Below are positions 24,857 to 38,318 of a stretch of 64,000 nucleotides of DNA, one piece after another (within the stretch, counting starts at the first letter, position 1; each line of letters opens with the position of its first letter). The notes below the pieces were generated by a model. The model had not been told where the DNA came from. It did no database searches and saw only the letters and a list, made by a program, of their open reading frames with translations. Made by a program: the position numbers and the translations under genes. The DNA is taken from the NCBI RefSeq assembly GCF_031769215.1, contig NW_026782182.1, positions 62,001 through 126,000 of the forward strand, in the 5' to 3' direction. This stretch comes from Ylistrum balloti. Lineage: Eukaryota.

Positions 24857-25000
24857 TCCCCTGCTGTAGCTCGGCTGTGAGTTTAAGGTCTTGTAGCTTC
24901 TCATTGTGTAGCCTGTGATCTGCCTCAAAATCTGTGATGGCACTGCGACAGTTGATGGCGTATCGGTTTCCGAAATAGTGTTGACTTCTGGGAATAAAAC
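24825..25000 (-). CDS. FAM166B: CIMIP2/FAM166, exon 3 (GFIPRSQHYFGNRY...DKDGKPMP)
   Basis: Acceptor tcttgtcag|GT (phase 1), donor CCG|GTAAGT (phase 0). Confidence 0.9.
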
Positions 25001-25182
25001 CTGACAAGACACAATGAGTTGTTACTGCTGCATTGACGTTGAAAATTTGTATCTTCTATTTAGGGCAATGTTGTAATTCGCCATTGGGATACTGTTTCGT
25101 GCTGAATTTTGGAGTGTTGGTTTTTTTACTGGAATATTGTCCATTTTGTAGTTGATATCAGAAAAATATCAGTAATGCAATA

Positions 25183-25404
25183 TATCGTATATCTGTTAAT
25201 TTTCACGGGGCGATATTTTCGCGATTTTCAAATAAAAAACTGTCAAGTTATATTTAACAAATGGAAATTTCGCGATCTGGATGTGAAAGAACATCTGATA
25301 CCTACGTGTCTCTATTTCACAGAGTAAATTTTCGCGCTCAAGTTCATGTACCACGAAATTTCGAAAATATCGTCGTTGCCGCGAAAATAACAGGCTATAC
25401 GATA
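25183..25404. mobile_element. TA-bounded MITE (Tc1/mariner-pogo-like) in FAM166 intron 2
   Basis: Imperfect ~24-bp TIRs tatcgtatatctgttaattttcac / gcgaaaataacaggctatacgata; internal ttttcgcg/cgcgaaa motifs. Confidence 0.6.
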
Positions 25405-25646
25405 GTTAGCATTATTTGTGATGTTGTTCACATGTTTAGATAATTTACAGAATCCAATACTAATTTCAGCAACAATTCATTGTTGCGAAAACAACCCAGT
25501 GTAAAAAAATACGCTGTGACTATATTATATAACTACAAGTTTGCATACAATGTATGAGTTTACTTACTTACTTACTATATACCAGGCGGTCATTAACATT
25601 CTAAGTTGAGATATCCGACAAAATGATGAAATTAACGTTAACTTAC

Positions 25647-25882
25647 CTGTATAACCTGGTACCATCTTTTCTAGAAGTTTCTGGTCGCCCCAACTTTGTG
25701 TACGATTCTTTAGAAGATTTGACTTTGAGTGGGAGGGTTCTGAACTAGGGCGTGGTTTCGATAGGTCGGCAAGTACTAATTTTCCAGAGCTGGCTACAGC
25801 GTCATTCTTGAGAAGACAGGATGTAGTGCGACCAAATGTTTCACCAATCTGATACTTAAACTGCGGACAGAACCCACCGTAC
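25647..25882 (-). CDS. FAM166B: CIMIP2/FAM166, exon 2 (YGGFCPQFKYQIGETFGRTT...KMVPGYT)
   Basis: Acceptor tttttcag|G (phase 2), donor G|GTAAGT (phase 1). Contains the DUF2475/UPF0605-type PGY-G-P-YxxGxTFG motif. Confidence 0.9.
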
Positions 25883-26108
25883 CTGAAAAACATAAAAGGG
25901 CATTATACACTTGTAACTGCCGTAAAGTTAGGATATCCTTATGACGTCATCAGCTTGATCCAGTCTGTTCACTTGGTGATTATCACAGCAAAAAAAATTT
26001 GGACACAGCTGACAGAACACTAAAAGGTGACTTCAAGTCATTAATGATATGACCAAATTAGAAGTCGAAAAATATTATATGCTTGATCAATCCCATATAA
26101 AAAGAAAA

Positions 26109-27897
26109 TTGACATTGTATGTGTCACGTATCATTGACATTGTATATGTCAGGTATCATTGACATTGTATGTATCACGTATCATTGACATTGTATGTGTC
26201 ACGTATCATTGACATTGTATGTATCACGTATCATTGACATTGTATGTTTCACGTATCATTGACATTGTATGTATCACGTATCATTGACATTGTATATGTC
26301 ACGTATCATTAACATTGTATGTGTCACGTATCATTGACATTGTACGTGTCACGTATCATTGACATTGTACGTGTCACGTATCATTGACATTGTATATGTC
26401 ACGTATCATTGACATTGTATGTATCACGTATCATTAACATTGTATGTGTCACGTATCACGTATCATTGACATTGTATATGTCACGTATCATTGACATTGT
26501 ATGTATCACGTATCATTAACATTGTATGTGTCACGTATCATTAACATTGTATGTGTCACGTATCATTGACATTGTATATGTCAGGTATCATTGACATTGT
26601 ATGTGTCACGTATCATTGACATTGTATGTATCACGTATCATTAACATTGTATGTGTCACGTATCATTGACATTGTATGTGTCACGTATCATTGACATTGT
26701 ATGTATCACGTATCATTGACATTGTATGTGTCACGTATCATTGACATTGTATATGTCACGTATCATTGACATTGTACGTGTCACGTATCATTGACATTGT
26801 ATATGTCACGTATCATTGACATTGTATGTATCACGTATCATTAACATTGTATGTGTCACGTATCATTAACATTGTATGTGTCACGTATCATTGACATTGT
26901 ATGTGTCACGTATCATTGACATTGTATGTGTCACGTATCATTGACATTGTATGTGTCACGTATCATTGACATTGTATGTGTCACGTATCATTGACATTGT
27001 ATGTATCACGTATCATTGACATAGTATGTGTCACGTATCATTGACATTGTATATGTCACGTATCATTAACATTGTATGTGTCACGTATCATTAACATTGT
27101 ATGTGTCACGTATCATTGACATTGTATGTGTCACGTATCATTGACATTGTATGTGTCACGTATCATTGACATTGTATGTATCACGTATCATTAACATTGT
27201 ATGTGTCACGTATCATTGACATTGTATGTGTCACGTATCATTGACATTGTATGTATCACGTATCATTGACATTGTATGTGTCACGTATCATTGACATTGT
27301 ATATGTCACGTATCATTGACATTGTATTATCACGTATCATTAACATTGTATGTATCACGTATCATTAACATTGTATGTGTCACGTATCATTGACATTGTA
27401 TGTGTCACGTATCATTGACATTGTATGTGTCACGTATCATTGACATTGTATGTGTCACGTATCATTGACATTGTATATGTCACGTATCATTGACATTGTA
27501 TTATCACGTATCAATAACATTGTATGTATCACGTATCATTAACATTGTATGTGTCACGTATCATTGACATTGTATGTGTCACGTATCATTGACATTGTAT
27601 GTATCACGTATCATTGACATTGTATGTTTCACGTATCATTGACATTGTATGTATCACGTATCATTGACATTGTATGTGTCACGTATCATTGATATTGTAT
27701 ATTTCACGTATCATTGACATTGTATGTGTCACGTATCATTGATATTGTATGTGTCACGTATCATTGACATTGTGTATGACACGTATCATTGACATTGTAT
27801 ATGTCACGTATCATTGACATTGTATGTGTCACGTATCATTGATATTGTGTATGTCACGGATCATTGACATTGTATATGTCACGTATCATTGACATTG
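26109..27897. repeat. 25-bp minisatellite (gacattgtatgtgtcacgtatcatt), about 70 copies
   Basis: Period 25 (26111, 26136, ...). Confidence 0.95.
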
Positions 27898-30800
27898 CTC
27901 CAGTAACTTCTTGTGAGAAATGCCCCATTGTTAAGTCTCTTTCTTACCAAAATATTATTAAACACATGAAGTTCTCCTCTTTCCATCTACTTAATACACT
28001 GTTTATCAGTATTAAATAATAGATATAATCGACGGAGCTGTAGATTTCAACATAATGTAGTAGTTTATTTGTTCCAAGTGATAAACAGATTAGACACAGA
28101 TAATCACAACTTAGAAGAAATCCCCAGAAATTACACCGGACACGCAAAAATATGTTTACAACAATACACATCAGATTAGGTTATCTACGTGTGTATAGTT
28201 ATAAAGAGGGGAGATAAGGACCAGGAATAGAGTGTGGACTGAGAAAAGTCTGGATAGAAATCACATGGGTTAGGTCTTAAAATCGATCACTGCTTTTGAT
28301 AAAGTATGAACGGATTGAAAAATATATCCGTTTTACCCATCAGACAGGTATAGAGCCGAAACAGAAGTATATTTATATCGATGTTACAATAGTGAGAAGT
28401 GTTAAAATATACAACCAAAAGGTAATACATTTCATTTCCACATTCATTACCGAGTTCACATGCTGGATCATATATACCATTAACTTTGAACAAGTCATAG
28501 TTTAAGCTACAATATCAATTTTGTGTGTAAAACATTCAACTTGCTATTTCAAACGTTATGATAATTAGGTAATTACAAAGAATGTGTTTAATTTCAGATC
28601 TAACACTGTTGATGGATGGATTCCTTCCGATATTGATTGTACTTAAGGATTAACTTCCCATTTGGCTAGGTTATAGGGGTTAACTTCGCCAGTTATTTAT
28701 CTACCCGAGTTATTCCCCAAATAACCTATACAAAACAGAAATTAATCCTTATACTTACAGTTTTCTTAATCAAAATACAATTATTATTCAGTCAAAAGTT
28801 TACAGACATTACAAAAAGTCTAATTTACGGTAAACTGTATGTGAAATTGAGAATCTTAAGTACGTGTTGGGATGATTATACATAATAGCTTAAGTGCTTC
28901 GATAGAAATAACGCTCAACACTGAACACAACTGGAGACTTTAACATCATACATGTCCGAGTTAATTAACAAGGTCCAATGAACAGTAAACTGCAGGTGAA
29001 AATAAGAACCACAGAGGTAAGTTGCGATGAACATTGATAAAGATATTCCAGGTTTGGTTATAACGGCTTAAATACGTCATGAGAAATAAAGCTCAAAACT
29101 GAGCTAAACGGCTCTAATAATTACAGTTAAATGTAGGTTAAAAATAAGAGGCATTTCAATGGTGGTTTCTTTATCATAGCTAAAGTTCTCAGAGAGAAAT
29201 CAATCTCAATGTGGAGTAAACACAAAACTTAAACACGGCAGTATACTTCAGCGTGATAGTGCTATAAAATCGGCTGCAGTTTGGCACTTTCACGAGACTC
29301 TTGAGAACACGCACTCTCAACACATTTATTCACTTCGCATACACTGAGAACCCGTCTTTAAATGGCCATAGCTATTGACAGGGGTATTAAACAAAATATA
29401 ATCAAACCAGCTCTTGGAGGGAGAATATAACTTAGAAGGAGAGAAATTATTATGGACTTTGTGCACATGTACAAGAAAACATTTACTTCAGAAAAGTTCT
29501 TTTCCATTCTTTTTGCATATCAACTTCTACACAAACATAATCCCCTTTGTATCAAAGTGGAATAAGATGTGACATTAGCCGTTTGAAACTGAAAGAGATT
29601 TGCAGGAACAGGGAATATCCCAGCATTTGTATTTAGAAAGCTGGTGTTCCTCCTATTCGACGCTTAGATAGAAGATATGCTTACGGTTCAGTGTAAACCT
29701 TCCAGTAGCTAATTGCTTTCGGACTGTATGAACATAAACATCGATGTGAATGGCACGTTCATGTCAAAAACAATGGTACCAAATCGACAATCGATACGCT
29801 CCACCGAACACACTATTTGTGTCTAATGCACGGAAGTTCCGTGATTTTCCGAAATGTGAAATCGAACAATAGTCTGGCTGGTCTACTATAGAGAAAAAAC
29901 GTAACCGGTTAAAGTAGGACAGGTACTATTGAGGGAACAAACAGTATTTGTGTTAAACTATCACTGATCGATTTCTTTAAACACAACGTACCGGAAACAA
30001 ATATGAATCACAGGGAATGTAGAATGGCAACACTAACGATACCCATTCACTCTTACAATAAATATTTCATACAAGTTTTTATACCACAATTTACATCTGA
30101 CTATGAAGACCAGATTATTAATGTAAAACTCAAAGGGATGGTCAGCTTAGAAAGAAAAATTCTACTCCAATAACAGTGAATTTTGACGGCGAGAACCAGT
30201 AAGTCAAAACTACGTATTGATATCTTGTGCGATATTTTCAGCTAATGTTCATCTATCTACTATTGACTGGCATTTATAGCAGATATGAATGCCAGTTTGA
30301 AGCGTGCCTCATTACTGTTATTAATTCTAGTTGATAATCGTTTTATTGGGAATGCTAAATAAAAGCTGTTCAATGGTTGACGATAGGATTCTGTTAACCA
30401 TACCAACAGCGCCATACACACAGGGCCAGTGACAATTCTTATTTGTGACGAAAACTTAATTATAGGGAAAAAAACCTATTTTCTTCTTCAAGTTAGCTTT
30501 AGTCAATGTAATAATCTTATATTGTACTTTCAGCATAATTGAGCACGTGCAGTATTTCCCTGGAAATGAAATCTAGCGGGGTTCCTGGTCAGTAAGTTAA
30601 TGTATGGAAAGACTTGATATAACCTAGTCCATCAGTTAAGGAGGGAATACTGAGCTTTTGTGCTTTAGTTTCTCCACCTAGAAACAGACTTACAACAGTA
30701 ACTAAGATGTTTGTTTCAATATTTTCTCGCTCTTCGTTGTGGTTGAGTCGATCACATCGAAGTGTTTTTACTACCACGGATAAGTTAGATTAATTTTTTT

Positions 30801-32579
30801 TTTCAAAATCTGCCTTTAGAATGGCAGTGGTGCTTCAGGCACCACTATGCATTGTATTGGCTTAATAGCACTTTATCAAAATTTTCTAAAGTAAACGAAG
30901 ACGCCAAAATATTCAATATAAAGAACCATAATGAGAGCTCGGGGCTAATTGATAAACCGATGCTTTATTGTAAAACGCTGCAAAGTAAACGCAGACGATT
31001 CAAGTTCATATTTCTACAACAGAACAAAACCCATGGCGCCATGATGATTACTGAACATGGCCAGTAATTAACACGTCAAAGTATGGTGGTGACCTAAAAG
31101 TGAATAAAGCTGACATCCACAATACGGTCTCGTAATAATACACATAACACCATCTACAGTAAGGACATCGACCAAACGTGATAACGACGCTATGGGGAGG
31201 GGATGACCTTTTTGCTTAAGTTTGATCAGTACATGATATGTATGTCTGTTATTGTATCAAAACAAAAGCTAACCAACAGTCGACAAATAATTGACTCTTA
31301 CTTAAACCTACAATCAATAATATTAGTTGGTTTCAGTTATACTACTCCTTTGTATTTTACGTACAATGGTTGAGGTGACCATACCACGTCTGTAGAGTCT
31401 AAACCCGATAGCCTTCAGCAGGTTTCAAACACTTCTCTGATTGAGATCGATAAGCGTTGAAAAGACACGATTGTTTGAATCTATGAGATTATATGAAAGA
31501 GATTAAGTTGATCCTCTTAGACATACGATAATCCTCGTTAGTCTATTATGTAGATTAAATAACCAAACACGAATTCGGAAAACGATTGTCGAGTCTTAAA
31601 AATCAATTATCGGAGCTAGAGAAGAAAGGATATACAAACAGGTATTTCTGAAAGTCTGATGTCGAGTATTTCTGTCAAGCCATGCTTTAGAACAGTACAA
31701 AGACAATACACAAACTAGTACACCGTGTATCTGAAAACCAACTAGTAGCGGACATTTAAGTACCATGTCTAACACAGCAGGTTGTATTACTCTAGTCTAC
31801 TGTACACTTAGGAGTAAGCCGCCACATATTAGGTGCGGCTATTATTCCAAAGTTTCATATTATTGGGTAAATATTTTAATAATTAACGTTTAATATTTTT
31901 CAACATTTTCAGAAATCAGTTTCACGATTAGTTTTAAACTTTGAAAATTTAAGTTCGTTCACTCAGCTTACATACTTTCTAAGTCAACATTTGATCAAGC
32001 TTCCCCTGTGTCTAAAATAATACATTTACAATACTCTTACTTATGATAATATTAGTCCTGTAGTGTGAAAAAGTTAGTTTTGAAGTATGATATACAAAGC
32101 AAACATTTATTGTTATAATATCTCCTGTTTTAATGTATAAACATTGGATAACTCAGTAAAGACAAACTACATTGTCATTCTCAACAAAATCTAAGTGAGA
32201 ACATTCAAAAGACGCTCCAACCGATTAAAAATTGTGAAAGAGTTAGTTTAGCTTATTTTAAAACTTTGAACCAGACAATGTCTTCTACTATATTCCTGCA
32301 AGACTTTCGTTAACTTATAACACCTTTGACAAAAGAAAAGAAAATTATTTATTTAAGGCCTTAATTTAATATCACGTGGAAAAATGTTCAGTACTTCAAC
32401 CCATGAACCTGTATCGGCCACGTTGTTAAGATATAAGTTGATATCCAGAATACAATGTAGTTTAATATCAAATAGTATAAATAGTTATTTTACACTGACG
32501 TTTGAGGGAACGACAAATGTACATCACAAGTTTATGTTGACAAGATGGTCCCTTCACATGTTGTTGGTGTCGTCGTCTC

Positions 32580-35175
32580 TGTCAGTCTGTGTGTCTGTCA
32601 CTCATCAGTCTGTTGTTTCCGTCTGTGACTTGTCAATCTGTGTTGTTTTGGTCTGTTTTCACTCTGTAACTCAGTCTGTCACTGATCACTCCGTGTTGTT
32701 TCAGTGTGTCACTGATCGCTCTGTGTTGTTTCAGTCTGTCACTGATCATTATGTGTTGTTTCCGTCTGTGACTTGTCAATCTGTGTTGTTTCGGTCTGTT
32801 TTCAGTCTGTAACACAGTCGGTTGTTTTAGTCTGTCACTGATCACTCTGTGTTGTTTCAGTCTGTCACTGATCACTCTGTGTTGTTTCAGTGTGTCACTG
32901 ATCACTCTGTGTTGTTTCAGTCTGTCACTGATCATTATGTGTTGTTTCCGTCTGTGACTTGTCAATCTGTGTTGTTTCGGTCTGTTTTCAGTCTGTAACA
33001 CAGTCGGTTGTTTTAGTCTGTCACTGATCACTCTGTGTTGTTTCAGTCTGTCACTGATCACTCTGTGTTGTTTCAGTGTGTCACTGATCACTCTGTGTTG
33101 TTTCAGTCTGTCACTGATCATTATGTGTTGTTTCCGTCTGTGACTTGTCAATCTGTGTTGTTTCGGTCTGTTTTCAGTCTGTAACACAGTCGGTTGTTTT
33201 AGTCTGTCACTGATCACTCTGTGTTGTTTCAGTCTGTCACTGATCACTCTGTGTTGTTTCAGTCTGTCACTCATCACCCTGTGTTGTTTCAGTCTGTCAC
33301 TGATCACTCTGTGTTGTTTCAGTCTGTCACTGATCACTCTGTGTTGTTTGAGTCTGTCACTGATCACTCTGTGTTGCTTCAGTCTGTCACTGATCACTCT
33401 GTGTTGTTTCAGTCTGTCACTCATCACCCTGTGTTGTTTCAGTCTGTCACTGATCACACTGTGTTGTTTCAGTCTGTCACTCATCAGTCTGTGTTGTTTC
33501 AGTCTGTCACTCATCACTCTGTGTTGTTTCAGTCTGTCACTGATCATTATGTGTTGTTTCCGTCTGTGACTTGTCAATCTGTGTTGTTTCGGTCTGTTTT
33601 CAGTCTGTAACACAGTCGGTTGTCTCAGTCTGTCACTGATCACTCTATGTTGTTTCAGTCTGTCACTGATCACTCTGTGTTGTTTCAGTCTGTCACTGAT
33701 CACTCTGTGTTGTTTCAGTCTGTCACTGATCATTATGTGTTGTTTCCGTCTGTGACTTGTCAATCTGTGTTGTTTCAGTCTATCACTGATCACTCTGTGT
33801 TGTTTCAGTCTGTCACTGATCACTCTGTGTTGTTTCAGTCTGTCACTGATCATACTGTGTTGTTTCAGTCTGTCACTCATCACTCTGTGTTGTTTCAGTC
33901 TGTCACTCATCACTCTGTGTTGTTTCAGTCTGTCACTGATCATTAGGTGTTGTTTGCGTCTGTGACTTGCCAATCTGTGTTGTTTCGGTCTGTTTTCAGT
34001 CTGTAACTCAGTCGGTTGTTTCAGTCTGTCACTGATCACTCTGTGTTGTTTCAGTCTGTCACTCATCACCCTGTGTTGTTTCAGTCTGTCACTGATCACT
34101 CTGTGTTGTTTCAGTCTGTCACTGATCACTCTGTGTTGTTTCAGTCTGTCACTCATCACTCTGTGTTGTTTCAGTCTGTCACTCATCACCCTGTGTTGTT
34201 TCAGTCTGTCACTCATCACCCTGTGTTGTTTCAGTCTGTCACTGATCACACTGTGTTGTTTCAGTCTGTCACTCATCACTCTGTGTTGTTTCAGTCTGTC
34301 ACTCATCACTCTGTGTTGTTTCAGTCTGTCACTGATCATTATGTGTTGTTTGCGTCTGTGACTTGCCAATCTGTGTTGTTTCGGTCTGTTTTCAGTCTGT
34401 AACTCAGTCGGTTGTTTCAGTCTGTCACTGATCACTCTGTGTTGTTTCAGTCTGTCACTCATCACTCTGTGTTGTTTCAGTCTGTCACTGATCATAATGT
34501 GTTGTTTCAGTGTGTCACTGATCACTCTGTGTTGTTTCAGTCTGTCACTGATCATTATGTGTTGTTTCCGTCTGTGACTTGTCAATCTGTGTTGTTTCGG
34601 TCTGTTTTCAGTCTGTAACTCAGTCGGTTGTTTCAGTCTGTCACTGATCACTCTGTGTTGTTTCAGTCTGTCACTGATCACTCTGTGTTGTTTCAGTCTG
34701 TCACTCATCATCCTGTGTTGTTTCAGTCTGTCACTGATCATTATGTGTTGTTTCAGTCTGTCACTGATCATAATGTGTTGTTTCAGTGTGTCACTGATCA
34801 CTCTGTGTTGTTTCAGTCTGTCACTGATCATTATGTGTTGTTTCCGTCTGTGACTTGTCAATCTGTGTTGTTTCGGTCTGTTTTTAGTCTGTAACTCAGT
34901 CGGTTGTTTCAGTCTGTCACTGATCACTCTGTGTTGTTTCAGTCTGTCACTCATCACTCTGTGTTGTTTCAGTGTGTCACTCATCACTCTGTGTTGTTTC
35001 AGTCTGTCACTCATCACCCTGTGTTGTTTCAGTCTGTCACTGATCACTCTGTGTTGTTTGAGTCTGTCACTGATCACTCTGTGTTGTTTGAGTCTGTCAC
35101 TGATCACTCTGAGTTGTTTCAGTCTGTCACTCATCACCCTGTGTTGTTTTAGTCTGTCACTGATCACTCTGTCAC
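32580..35175. repeat. 30-bp minisatellite (tcagtctgtcactgatcactctgtgttgtt) with a recurring variant block
   Basis: Period 30, plus a repeated cassette tccgtctgtgacttgtcaatc...gtctgtaac(a/t)cagtcggttgtt. Confidence 0.95.
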
Positions 35176-35653
35176 ACGTCGCTGTTTAATTTCCGTATGT
35201 AACACGCGACTTAAGTGATACAAAGTACCCTAAATGATTGGCATAATTATTGTTAATCAATAAAAAATATAGTAAGAATAAACAATGAACATGAATAGAT
35301 AAATAGTTAAATAAAGAAACTGGCGCAAATTACTCAGGTCACGTGATCTTCATGCCAGAACTTATCCCTTTATTTAATAGTACTATTCACCTGAGCGGGA
35401 CATTCCACATTAACCCTTCAAGACAGCAGTGATAAACTCTGCAACCAGATTCGTCCAGGTTTGCATTTAAGAGATTAGAATATAGAAGTGCGTCTACGTT
35501 CGTTTTATTTTCTTTAGAGAACTGACACTGTGGTGTTATCTAATGACACGAATTCTATTCAGGTACTTGTTGGACATTAGTTTTAGTGTTTTCTTAATAA
35601 TTCTTATTTTCTTTTCTTTTTAAGTCCCTAGTATCATTGGTCCACACGGGACG

Positions 35654-35705
35654 ATTGTATAGCTGCTATTGTTAAAATCATGTTTAACAATAGCAGCTAT
35701 ACAAT
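35654..35705. other. Perfect 23-bp inverted repeat with a 6-nt loop
   Basis: attgtatagctgctattgttaaa-atcatg-tttaacaatagcagctatacaat. Confidence 0.9.
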
Positions 35706-36212
35706 GGTACAACATTGGCATGTTCGAGACATGAGAAACTGCTGGTATTATATCTCTAGACAACTAATGGAGCCACTATATAGATTAGAATTCTAAAGTT
35801 ATATAGGTATGATCTCACAACATCAATCGTACACTTAGGATAACGTGTTTATCTCATTAATCACTGACTAAGGACACGGAATTTCACACTACCTAGCTTG
35901 GAGTTCAGTATTTCATACAAATGTAAATGATGTGATATAACCTTGTTTATATAAACTTAAGACATACACCGTTAACAAGAGTATTAAGGTACTTTATGGT
36001 GATACGTTTCGGGTAAATACATGAAAAAGTGACACGCTGAGGGTGGATTGTTTATTGATATTTGTACATCACCATTAAATAAAGTTACTGTTAACTGATA
36101 AACGCTAACACTGCCGCAAAGTGTAGAATCATCATAGAAAGCAAAGTATGAAAAAAATTACAAACAAACATGGAATCCGGAGGTCAGTTTTGGAATCTCG
36201 AGGTGTGAAGAA

Positions 36213-36985
36213 CAGAAATACATTAGGAAACGTCACTATAGTACTGAAGTATGAAGCAATGCCGCTACACTAGAATATCAAAACAAAAATACATTAGGAA
36301 ACGTCACTATAGTACTGAAGTATGAAGCAATGCCGCTACACTAGAATATCAAAACAGAAATACATTAGGAAACGTCACTATAGTACTGAAGTATGAAGCA
36401 ATGCCGCTACACTAGAATATCAAAACAGAAATACATTAGGAAACGTCACTATAGTACTGAAGCATGAAGCACTGCCGCTACACTAGAATATCAAAACAGA
36501 AATACATTAGGAAACGTCACTATAGTACTGAAGTATGAAGCAATGCCGCTACACTAGAATATCAAAACAGAAATACATTAGGAAACGTCACTATAGTACT
36601 GAAGTATGAAGCAATGCCGCTACACTAGAATATCAAAACAGAAATACATTAGGAAACGTCACTATAGTACTGAAGCATGAAGCACTGCCGCTACACTAGA
36701 ATATCAAAACAGAAATACATTAGGAAACGTCACTATAGTACTGAAGTATGAAGCACTGCCGCTACACTAGAATATCAAAACAGAAATACATTAGGAAACG
36801 TCACTATAGTACTGAAGTATGAAGCACTGCCGCTACACTAGAATATCAAAACAGAAATACATTAGGAAACGTCACTATAGTACTGAAGCATGAAGCACTG
36901 CCGCTACACTAGAATATCAAAACAAAAATACATTAGGAAACGTCACTATAGTACTGAAGCATGAAGCACTGCCGCTAGAATATCA
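36213..36985. repeat. 71-bp minisatellite, about 11 near-identical copies
   Basis: Period 71 (36351, 36422, ...). Confidence 0.95.
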
Positions 36986-37293
36986 AAGTACTACCTATGA
37001 ATGCTACAGAACTTTAAAACATAGAACAGTGACATTTTTTTAAAATATTGAACGCCATTCTGACAAAAGGTATCGAAGACACGATTATCTTTTTAAGAGT
37101 GGTTAGTCCTGTGGTAAAGTATGGAACGCCTGTTATAAGTACAGGTGTTATTAAGTTGATAGCATTAAGTAAGTTGTATAATGCGTGGAAGAAGATTTGC
37201 CTCTTGCAACATTACAGTTCATGGCTGCCAATGCGAATAATTTGGAACAAGCAGGAAAGTATCCTGACAGACGAAGTAGAATAAATAGAGTGA

Positions 37294-37456
37294 ATTTACT
37301 TACAACGATTTCATGGTCCATCGTATCTAAATACATACTGAACACTTACTTATAACGATTTCATGGTCCATCGTATCTAAATACATACTGAATACTTACT
37401 TATAACGATTTCATGGTCCATCGTATCTAAATACATACTGAATACTTACTTATAAC
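37294..37456. repeat. 50-bp tandem repeat, about 3 copies
   Basis: cgatttcatggtccatcg at 37306, 37356 and 37406. Confidence 0.9.
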
Positions 37457-38318
37457 CAGTAAACTCGTTCACAACCAAAACACTGCCATTATATTTTGAT
37501 AAAATATATTGAACAAACTTTTGACAATGACAAGTTTTAAGCCATTAATTGGTGGTTTGATGTGAGCTATAACATGAAAATGCTTGAACAAACACAAAGG
37601 ACGTAAACGTTTGATTTCAATATTGACTCAGAATTAACACTCGATTGGAAATTACAGACCTGTAACAATATCTAAAAGGTAAACACACTATCTACTGCTG
37701 TCGAGAGTCAGTATGTATATCACCAAATGGACTAGAATGAAAAAACACCTGTCGACAGACAGTTAAAATATCATTGATGGTAATTCTTCTTTTCGGTATA
37801 TGTTAATGGTCATCAAGACACTTATTCTAACTTAAAATAATGCATGTAATGTTTCCTTAGGTACCTTGAAACAGATCTAAATAAGCAAAGGCAAATATTA
37901 CATTGATTCCGGAACTCTTCCGTCGATACTTTGAGATGAAAAGATGCAAAGATATTCTTTTTCAACTGAATCAAATATATGGTGTATTCACGCTACGAAT
38001 AATTCGTGTGTGTGAGCTTGGTAATTTAAAGAATTACCCATATCGTTACTTCATTAATAGCCAGTACGTGTTTCTCCGGTTTTATCCACGGTGATTGACA
38101 ACATTTGTACCTGCTAACTACATTATACAATTGTATGGTTGATAAAAGGGAAAACGGCCTTGCCAAATATAGCATCTAGCGATACACCAGAAAAAGGGAC
38201 ATGCCAATTATAGAGCATTGTCGTAAATAAGAGAAAATACTTTACCAAATATATAACACTGTCTTCAAACCAGAAAAGGAAATGGCATTCAAAAATGAAC
38301 ATAAAGAATTATCGTATC

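Noticed and set aside
23146-24918. Multiple His/Cys-rich plus-strand ORFs resembling zinc fingers
   Set aside because: These are antisense translations of the 34-bp intronic array, cycling through three frames.
31813-31842. Short inverted repeat taagccgc...gcggctta
   Set aside because: An 8-bp stem only; possibly a transposon remnant but too short to support a call.
32633-35167. 844-aa minus-strand ORF and overlapping plus-strand ORFs
   Set aside because: Translation of a 30-bp tandem repeat (unit divisible by 3, stop-free). No unique domain, no splice context, intronic location.
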